Positions 55,091-64,000 of a stretch of DNA of 64,000 nucleotides are shown here, one piece after another. Position 1 is the first letter of the stretch; each line of letters begins with the position of its first letter. The stretch is from the human T2T-CHM13v2.0 reference genome, Homo sapiens. Under the pieces are notes generated by a model. That model had not been told where the DNA came from. It did not search any database and worked only from the letters and a program-made list of their open reading frames with translations. Made by a program: the position numbers and the translations under genes. The stretch is from NCBI RefSeq assembly GCF_009914755.1, contig NC_060926.1, one strand, 5' to 3'.

Positions 55091-57383
55091 TTTCTTTTTT
55101 TTTTTAAAAAACAAGATGCTTTTCTTTGTATTTTTACAATATCATTCAATAAAAAGCAGTAGAAACATAACAGTGTTAATATTAAGTTTACAAAGGAATA
55201 TTTGAACAAAAAATCTGTACACATTATAATTTACAGCAATTTTATGTGGTAAATCCACTGATTGTTAAAAAGTGTTCTTTATAAGTCGCTCTGCTGCATT
55301 AAATCTTGGAGTATTATAGATAAAGAATGCACCTAGCTCTATTTACAAATGTTAGCAGCAGGACATACCCAAGTCATACAGCATCAAAGCATGTTACCAG
55401 CAGCAAATCCATATGGGTCTTCAGCAGCCTCAATTCCTGCCTCCTCAGAAGAAATAATTCAACTGAGGGGCATGAGGCAGAAGGAGAGACTGAGGCAAGT
55501 TTTAGAGTGGGAGTGAAATTTATTATCAAGCTTTAGCACAAGAATAAAAGGAAGTAAAGTACACTTGGAAGAAGGCCAAGTGGGCAACTGGAGAGATTAA
55601 GTGCGCTGTTTGACCTTTGACTTGGGATTTTCTATGTTGGCATACTTCCCGGGTCTTGCATCTCTTCTCAACCTGATTCTTCCCTTGGGGTGTGTTGTCC
55701 ACATGCACAGTGGCCTGCCAGCACTTGGGAGGTGAGCATGTGCACTGTGTTTATTGGAGTTGTACGCATGTTCAATTGAGGCATTCTTCCCTTACTAGTT
55801 GAATGTCCCTTGGAGGTCATATGCCAGTTAAATTCCACCATTTTGTCCCTTAATAAACATGCTTGAGCCCAATCGCCCAACTCCTGGGATCTTATCAGGA
55901 AGCTGCTGATCACTAGGCTCAGGTTTTTCTATCTATTGGGAAACTGCCTTTCCCTGGCCCTGGCTATGACTAATTATTATTTTAGAGAGACAGTTAACAA
56001 CCTCCCTGAGCATCACGTGATGGTCGCCTGACATTCCTGGTGTGTGTGCTGGGGGAGGGCCCTCTCCTGTCCTGCTCATGCCTGACTAGCTACCTACTGT
56101 AACACAGGTACCAAATGAAGAATGTAAACTTCCATAAAACCCATCAGTTTAACAGCTCAACTTAACATGTTTGTTCAGAGCCCTGTCTGACATATTGATA
56201 AAAGGCCAAAAATTAAGTTTCCATAAAGATAGTAAAGGTGTCTGACTCTTGACACTGCTTTGCCAGACACCTGTAAAGAAAGATTACTCTCAATTGGTCC
56301 CATGAATTACATGGTTAAATCCAAAACAACCCATCTGACAAGTGGCAACTTAAAATACTTGTGGAAAATCCATTTCAGTATACTTGTCAGTTTACCTTGG
56401 AGCATGGTAGGGGATTAAAGCAAAGTTTGCCACAAGCCTGCGTTAAGTTTGAGCTTCCTTGGATTTAGCCCCATTTACAATTTAAAACATACAAAATACA
56501 CTCACTATACATGAAATTAATGTTCCTTAAGAAAATAAGGCTTGACTAACAATTTATTGTGAGATGATGAACTATCAACAAAGAAGCCCCCAGGTGCAAG
56601 TGCGCACACGTGCTTGGCACCTGATCAGCCTTCCACCAGACCTGGGAGGAGCTGTTTCTTTTGGTGGCCGCAGGTGGCGCAGTTAGCTCATGACCCAGAA
56701 GTCTCTCAAGGGTTCAGCGAAACTTCAAATCAAATTCGTCCTGCACTCCGCAGTCCACGCGTGTAACTTTGATGGGTGCCAGGGCACGTTTCAAAGTCGT
56801 CCTGTGAGCTTGGCTGGGGCTCGGGACTGCTCTCTGCGAATTTGAGGTCAGCCGGGTGGATATCTTGGCAAACCACATCCTCCTTCAGCCGGAGGATCCC
56901 AGAAATGCAGAGCCACTTCCAGAGTCTGATTTTCTGGTCCACGACTATGCTTCTTAAATGTACTGGGAGTCTGGGTTGAATGCCAGGTGGCAGCATGTGT
57001 CTTGGGACGTCTTTAGTGTGGCACCACAGGCAATTGTGTCCGCCTCCTCCTCAGGACGCTCCCCTCTGCAGAAGTCGTCAGCACTGTGGATGCAGGTTCC
57101 TTTCCATCAGAACTTCCCGATGAAGATTTTCTCTCTTCCTAAGTCCTGTGTGAGTTTTCTTTTATTTTGCCAGTTCTTTGTCAAACTCTGGTTCTCATTT
57201 CATCTTCCACCGCCCTTGTCCCGTCTGAACGCCTAGAATGGAGCTCAGGGCCTTCGGGAGGGGCGAAGCCCTCGGGCTGCAGGCTGCCGGGCCGGGCCCT
57301 GGGCTTCCTGAGCCTCTCCCGGGCTGTGCGCCCGCGTCCAAGGCGCCACCTTGCGGGGACAGCAGGCGGGGACTTCGCGGGCC
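55091..57383 (-). pseudogene. SLBP: Processed pseudogene (retrocopy) of histone stem-loop binding protein; CDS remnant 57383-56683, long 3'UTR, poly(A) at 55091-55105
   Basis: Minus-strand translation across frames gives PARW.LGR, AVEDEMRTRV, ERKSSSGSSDGKE, TIA, PGIQP, DQKIRLWK, VALHFWDPPAE, IHPADL..AESSPEPQPSSQDDF, QDEFDL, EPLRDF..MS*, collinear with human SLBP and intronless; ~14-bp TSD cagtatcatttttc/cagttccatttttc. Confidence 0.93.
55392..56104 (-). mobile_element. MER50 (ERV1) solo LTR inside the SLBP retrocopy 3'UTR
   Basis: Reverse complement begins tgttacagtaggtagctagtcaggcatgagcagg; TG...CA ends. Confidence 0.85.
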
Positions 57384-59974
57384 CAGTTCCATTTTTCCAA
57401 CAGCATGTGCTCGCTTTGTCACATTTTGGTAATTCTCACAATATTTCACATTTGCCACCATTATTTTATCTGTGTGATGATGATGTGTGATAATGATCTG
57501 TGATCAGTGGTCTTTCATGTTACTATAGTAATTGGGGAACCACGAAGCACGCTCATAGCAGATGGCAAACTTGATTGATAAATGTGTGTGCTCAGACAGC
57601 TCCACTCACTGGCTGCTTCTTGTCTTCTCTCTCTCACTCTCTCTCTCCTCGGCCTCCCCATTCCCTGAGACAGAACAATATTGAAATTGGGCCAATTAAT
57701 AACCCTATAGTGGCCTCTAAGTGTTCAAGTGAAAGGAAGATCTCACCTCTCTCACTTTAATCAAAAGCTAGAACTGATTAAGCTTGCTGAGGAGGGCATG
57801 TTGGAAGCCAAGATTGGCCAAAAGCTAGGTCCCTTGCACCAAACAGCCAAATTGTGAATGCAAAAGAAAAATTGCTGAAGGAAACTACAAATGCTACTCT
57901 AGTGAGCACTAGAATGATAAGAAAGTGAAGCATCCTTATTGCTGATATGGAGAAGGTTTGAGTGTTCTGGAGAGATTATCAAACCAGCCGTAACATTCCC
58001 TTCAGCCAAAGTCTAATCCAGAGCAAGGCCCTAACTCTCTTCAATTCTATCAAGGCTGAGAGAGGTGAGGAAGCTACAGCAGAAAAGTTTGAAGCTACTA
58101 GAGGTGGGTCCATGAGGTTTAGGGAAAGAAGCCATCTCTATAACATAAAAGTGCAAGGTGAAGCAGCAGTGCTGAGGGAGAAGCTGCAACAAGCTATCCA
58201 GAAGATCCAGTTAAGATCATTGATGAAGGTGGCTACACTAAACAACAAATTTTCAATTTAGAAAAAACAGCCTTCTATTGGAAGAAGATGCCATCTAAAA
58301 CTTTCAGAATTAGAGAGAAGAAGCCAATGGCTTCAAGGCTCCAAAGGACAGGCTGACTCTCTTGTGAAGGGTTAACACAGCTGGTGACTTTAAGTTGAAG
58401 CCAAGGCTCACATATTATTCTGAAAATCCTAGGGCCCTTAAAAATTATGCTAAATCTCTTCTGCTTGTGCTTTATAAGTAAAACAACAATGCTCAGATGA
58501 CAGCACATCTGTTTATATCATGGTTAACTGAATATTTTAAGCCCACTGTTGAGATCTACTGCTCAGAAAAAAATAGTTCTTTCAAAATATTACTACTGAT
58601 TGACAGTGCACCTAGTCACTCAAGGGCTCTAAGGGAGATGTACAAGGAGATTAACATGATTTTCATGCCTGCTAACACAACATCCATTCTGCAGTCCATG
58701 GATTCAGGAGTAACTTTGACTCTCAAGTCTTATTTGAGAAATACATTTTGTAAGGCTGTAGCTGCTATAGATAGTGATTCCTGTGATATATCTGGGCAAA
58801 GTAAATAGAAAACCTTCTGGAAAGGATTCACTATTCTAGGTGCCATTAAGAACGTTAGTGATTCATGGGAGGAGGTCAAAATATCAACATGAACAGGAGT
58901 TTGGGTGTTGAGTCCAACCTTCATGGATGACTTTGAGGGATTTAAGACTTCAATAAAGGAGATAACTATAGATGTGATAGAAATAGAAAGGGAATAGAAT
59001 TAGAAATGAAGCCTGGAGATGTGACTGAATTGCTACAATCTCATGATAAAACTTGAACAGATGGGGAGTTACTTCTTAAGGATAAGCAAAGAAAGTGGTT
59101 TCTTGAGATGGACTTTACTCCTGAGGAAGATGCTGTGAACACTGTAGAAATGATAAAAAAGGATTTAGAATATTACATAAAGTTAGTTGATAAAGCAGCA
59201 GCAGGTTTTGAGAGGATTGGCTCCAATTTTGAAAGAAGTTATATTGTGGGCCAAATGCTATCAAACAGCATCTCATAATACAGAGAAATCTTTTGTGAAA
59301 GGAAGATTGAATCCATGTGGCAAACTTCATTGTTGTCTTGTTTTAAGAATTTGCCATAGCCACCCCATCCTTCAGCAACACCATCCTGATCAGTCAGCAG
59401 CCACCAATATTGAGGCAAGACCATCCACCAGCAAAAAGATTACAACTCACTGAAGGCTCAGACAGTTGTCAGCATTTTTTAGCAATAAAATATTTTAAAA
59501 TTAAGATACGTATAGTGTTTTTTAAATACATAATGCTTCTGCATACTTAACAGACTACAATATAAAGTAAATATAACTTTTATATGCACTGCGAAACAAA
59601 AAAAATTGTGTGACTTCATTGCAGTATTCATTTTATTGAAGTAGTCTGGAATCAAACTCACATATCCCCAAGGCATGCCTATACATTGCTTTTGTTGCAG
59701 TGTGATAAATGGTGTCGTTTTTGCAGCAAGTAGCATTTTTGCTTCCTCAGATGGGACCGGAAAGTTCAGAGATTTTTATTAGTTAAGGTAGCAATGTGCC
59801 ATGCTTCTTTCTTTCTTCATACACTTCCTTTATTTGCTGAAGCCTTTCTTCCAGTAGCTTCCTAGAGTATTTGCAAGGTACATTTTGTATCTATTTTGCC
59901 TTTACACTTGATTATTTGATTGGGTTTAGAATCCTGAGAAAAAGTAAATTTTTCCTTAGAATTTGAAGAGAAGT

Positions 59975-61010
59975 CTCAGGACAACAGCTTTTCAACAAGT
60001 CCAGACAGCAACTTGCTCTGGATTGCAGCCAGAGGAAGAGGGCTCCAGGAACAAGGCTGTTAAGGGAAAATAACAATTGGAAGTGTTTGAGCACTTAGGA
60101 AAATTATTGCCTAGACATTTCACAGCTCTGTTAAAGCATTTTGGGAAAAATAAAAGTACACAAATAATTAAACATCTTAAAAAGAGGCAGTTGTTAACTT
60201 CAGAGAAAACAAAAGTTTATACAAGAATGAAAACATCACAGTGAAGTTATTTGGCTTAGCAGTGAATAATACTTAGATGGTCAAAATAAGGTAAATATTG
60301 ATTATGGATTTAATCCAAAACTGTATAGCTACATTGGGAGGATGAATAAAAGGGAAATTAGGCCGGGTGCGGTAGCTCACGCCTGTAATCCCAGCACTTT
60401 GGGAGGCCAAGGCAGGCGGATCACCTTAGGTCAGGAGTTCGAGACCAGCCTGGCCAACATGGTGAAACCCTGTCTGTACTAAAAATACAAAAATTAGCCG
60501 GGCATGGTGGTGGGCGCCTGTAAATCCCAGCTACTCAGGAGGCTGAGTCAGGAGAATCCCTTGAACCCAGAAGACGGAGGTTGCAGTGAGCCAAGATTGC
60601 ACCACTGCACTCCAGCCTGGGTGACAGAGGGAGACTCCGTCTCAGAAAAAAGAAAGAAAGGGAGTCAGAGGGCTCAACCACAAAGGGAAGTCTATCGATC
60701 CTGTAATGAATCACATAGAGACACTTCTGAGAGTGAAGGGACCACTGGCTATAATTATTCTGAGACAACAGGTACAAATTGGAATTGATGGGCAAACTAG
60801 ATGTATGGTCACCCAAATTACAGGCATATTATTTTAAATGTAGAGGTAAATGCCAGATGAGACAGGTAATTCAGTTGGAAGTGGCAGTCTCTAGGGAGTG
60901 GGATTGGTGGTTGGAGAGAGTAAGACAGGAGACTGTTGGCTTTTAACAGTCTATTAGTACTATTTGATTTAAAATAATGCTTATGCATTATATTAAAATA
61001 AACTTAAAAG
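59975..61010 (+). mobile_element. Old L1ME 3' fragments with an AluSx (60361-60660) and a MER94-like piece (~60690-60815)
   Basis: L1ME-like phrases; full Alu; gacacttctgagagtgaaggg...gtatggtcaccc. Confidence 0.6.
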
Positions 61011-61637
61011 TTGACTTTTTAGAACAGATTAGATTAACATTGCCTAATGCTTTTTGATATAAACCAAAATGTTCCTTTTATAGCAAGAGGCCATATAGAA
61101 GGACTCCTGGAATACTTACTTCCTATACTATGTATTTGATTCTTTCCCCAATTTAAGAAAGGTGCCACTGGAGGGACAATAAGTACTAGGTCCTCTTTGT
61201 CTCTGAAATAGGGCCTTGGCACAAAGTAGATGCTTATTAGTTATTTGTTAATGAATAAAAGCAACATTCAGTAGCATTTTCAAAGGCAGAAAAACCTTTG
61301 AGAAACCAGGTTTATCAGATGATATTTCCAAGTACAGGTGTAATGGCTTACCAGGCTTACCCTGAGTGGAGTTCATCAGAAGGGGGTCCGCAGGCAAAGT
61401 GAAGCAGGGAAACCTTTTTTGTTTTTACAAAATATAGCTCTAGAGCTTAGAGTGTATGATGTTGACTCTGTCGCAGAGATTTCTTTAAGACAATGGTACC
61501 TAAAGCAATAATAATTGAACATTCAGAAATATAGCCTGTAATGTGTGCCTTTAGGGATAATGGTATGTTTTTTACTGCTGACTTGATGCTCATTAGTTTG
61601 AAACTTCCCTAAATTTTTATTCTCAAAGAAAATTTTA

Positions 61638-61944
61638 AGCCAAGCATGATGACTCATGCCTATAAATCCAATGACTTGGGAGCCTGAGATGGGATGATTG
61701 CTTGAAGCTAGGAGTTCAAGACTAGCCTGGGCAACATAGTGAGACCCTGTCTCTAAATTTTTTTTTAAAGATTGGTCAGGTGTGGTGACATGCACTTGTA
61801 TTCCCAGCTGCTTGGGAAGCTGTGGCAGGAGGATCACTGAAGCCCAGGAGTTTGAGGCTGCAGTGAGCTATGATGCCACTATTGTCATCCAGCCTGGGCA
61901 ACAGGGCAAGACTCTGTCTCTTAACAACAACAACAACAACAAAA
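61638..61944 (+). mobile_element. AluJ with (AAC)n tail
   Basis: Diverged Alu; TSD aaagaa.atttta. Confidence 0.9.
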
Positions 61945-62810
61945 GAATATTTTATTTTTCATTGTTATTTGAGCAACAAGATGAAGTCATGAAGTCTTGA
62001 AGAAAGAAAGAACTGGAAGCATTTTCTTTTGGAAAACATTTTTATAGCCTAATGTACTATAGTTTTGAGGAGGGTTTGGATCAGTGATGACCATCATAGG
62101 GTGAACAACTTGTTCAGAGTATTTGCAGTAAAATAGGCCCAATAGATTGTGAAATTGTAGCTTATTGTATATTAACATGTATCCTCTAAATTGAAGTTAT
62201 AATGGAAAAAAATGGGGAGAGAAAGAAAAAAAAAGAATGGAAGCAAAACAGAAACAAGAAAGAAAAGAAGGTAATAACTCAGCAGATCTAGCTATTGGAA
62301 ACCAGGTCGAACACAGGTTAAATCTCTAACCTTAGGGTTTTGGGGTTTTTTTAGCCTCTTCATTTAGAGCACACCTAAACTTAGGTTTTTTATTTTTTAT
62401 TTCTTTAAGTAGAATTATCTGTCAAAACAGACACAAGACCCTATTTCAGAGACACAAGAAATACCAAAACCAGTCTTCTTAATTTGAAACCATTTTCCCC
62501 TCAATGCTTAAGAGAAAACTTATATCAGGTCCATTTTTCTTAGTAGAGTTATATTGTAAAACTTTTCTTGACCCCCAAGTTCAACCCCTAATATACCAAA
62601 TTCCAGCCAGGTGCTTCTTCCTTGCATGCTCTGTCACAGTCTTTATCACAATTGCATATTAGTAATTGTTTACTTGCCAGAATTTTTCCTGAATTGCAAG
62701 CTCTCGGAAGGGGCCATTCTATTTTGTTCATCATTGAATGCCCTAGGTTCAGTATTTGGGCATAGTGGATGCTCAATCAATATTTACTGAATAAATGAAT
62801 TGTACTATCC

Positions 62811-63141
62811 TTTCTTTCTTTCTTTTCTTTTCTTTTTTAAATAGAGACAAGGTCTCACTCTGCTGCCTAGGCTGGAGTGCAGTAGCGTGATCATAGCTCA
62901 CTGCAGCCTTGAACTCCTGGGCTCAAGTGATCCTCCCACCTCAGCCTTTGGAATAGCTGAGGGTACAGGCATGCACCACCATGCCCACTAATTTTTATTT
63001 ATTTATTTATTTATTTTTTGTGGTAGAGACGGGGTCTAGCTATGTTGACCAGGCTGGTCTTGAACTCCAGGCTTCAAGCACTTCTCTCCCTCAGCCTCCC
63101 AAAGTGCTGGGATTATAGATGTGTGCTATCGTGGCTGGCCC
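62811..63141 (-). mobile_element. AluJ, preceded by an L2 3' fragment (~62570-62800)
   Basis: Antisense diverged Alu. Confidence 0.9.
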
Positions 63142-63167
63142 TATTCTTTTTTACTTTATGTCTACAG

Positions 63168-63275
63168 GAACCTGTCTGGAAACAATGTGCACTCATTGAA
63201 AACTTGACTCCAACAATAAATTCTGAATTTGGCAACTGGTCAAAGCTCTCTAGTCCAAAGGGAATAAGACAATGG
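63168..63275 (+). other. Candidate coding-type exon (108 bp, 36 open codons)
   Basis: tttttactttatgtctacAG acceptor, open frame EPVWKQCALIENLTPTINSEFGNWSKLSSPKGIRQW, GT donor. Confidence 0.4.
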
Positions 63276-64000
63276 GTATTGTGACAGCTTACAGGCAACA
63301 GAGAGCTTAAGGCAGATCTCAAAAGCAGCTACAGAGGGCCTGGGCCAATTAGACAAAGGAAAAACCTGGGATTGCCATCAGGCTTTGACACTTCTCTTTC
63401 TTTTTAGTGACTGTTGGCTCATTCCTTAGCCTATGAAGCAACTCAGGGGAAGTATAAATTATGGCAAGAAACTATACTCCATCTTTCACCTGGCAACAGG
63501 CTTAGTACATCTGGCTTATTTCTGAGCTGTTGTGTGCTGCTAGATATTGTGATCTCTCTTGTTTTGGACTGTAATAACTCTGAGAGTTTTTCTTTCTCTT
63601 TGGGAACAGTTTGGTAGCAATCATTTAAACTAGGCACTGTATTTAATTTATTGGGAACGAAAGTTGTGCCCACAGAGGAAAGGAGTGAAAAGAAGTTAAG
63701 CGATGCTCTGAACCAGGGACAAAATCCGTATTATTACATAATGCCGCCCCAGTCCCAGTGAAGTTGATAATTCTGATCACTAATAGTGGACATGCACATT
63801 ATGGAGCTTTATTATTTAATTTTGAATTTTGTTTTTGCAGTGGGGATAGACTTGTGCCAGTTAATTAGTGTTCTCTTTTCTAATTCCCTTGTGAGACTTG
63901 GCATGCAGCTGAGAGGCAGTCCTTCCTAACCATGAGATAGAAAATGAGTTATCAGCACCTACGTGCATTGAGTACTTCTCTCAGCTTCTGTCATTCATTC

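Larger units (their letters stand above)
54974..59681 (+). mobile_element. Full-length Tigger1 (TcMar) DNA transposon, split by the SLBP retrocopy
   Basis: TIRs caagcacacctcg / aggcatgccta + TA; decayed transposase ([46 protein letters not shown]). Confidence 0.93.

Noticed and set aside
56730-56996. 88-aa minus-strand ORF as a functional SLBP paralog
   Set aside because: Only partly in the SLBP frame; the RNA-binding domain is truncated and frameshifted
57760-59300. Domesticated Tigger transposase (TIGD1-like) gene
   Set aside because: Frame broken repeatedly; ordinary decayed Tigger1 copy

Overview
Human (or very close hominid) genomic DNA. A perfectly preserved, 5'-truncated AluYa5 points to Homo sapiens. 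The window is mostly interspersed repeats and contains no intact protein-coding gene that I can recognise. It holds about 30 Alus, a near full-length disrupted L1PA6-like LINE-1 (30664-37063), old L1M/L2/L3/MIR fragments, many solo LTRs (LTR16, MSTA/B, MLT2A1, MER49, LTR1, LTR12, MER11A, MER61, LTR10, MER50 and others) and DNA transposons (Tigger1, MER1B, MER5A, MER63 and others). Four things stand out. (1) A processed pseudogene of the histone stem-loop binding protein SLBP (minus strand, 55091-57383) sits inside a Tigger1, is itself split by a MER50 LTR, and has kept an unusually CpG-rich coding part. (2) A 1.4-kb self-complementary AT-rich minisatellite has grown inside an MLT2A1 LTR that lies in an Alu that lies in an L3. 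(3) A series of non-repeat, exon-shaped islands on the + strand have splice signals and partly open frames. They may be relics of a decayed multi-exon gene (unitary pseudogene) or lncRNA exons; this is inference and the protein is unidentified. (4) Several local rearrangement scars are visible: a templated inverted insertion, a chimeric Alu and an LTR12/MER45 deletion junction. Repeat subfamily names come from recalled consensus sequences, not a database search, and boundaries of old repeats are approximate.
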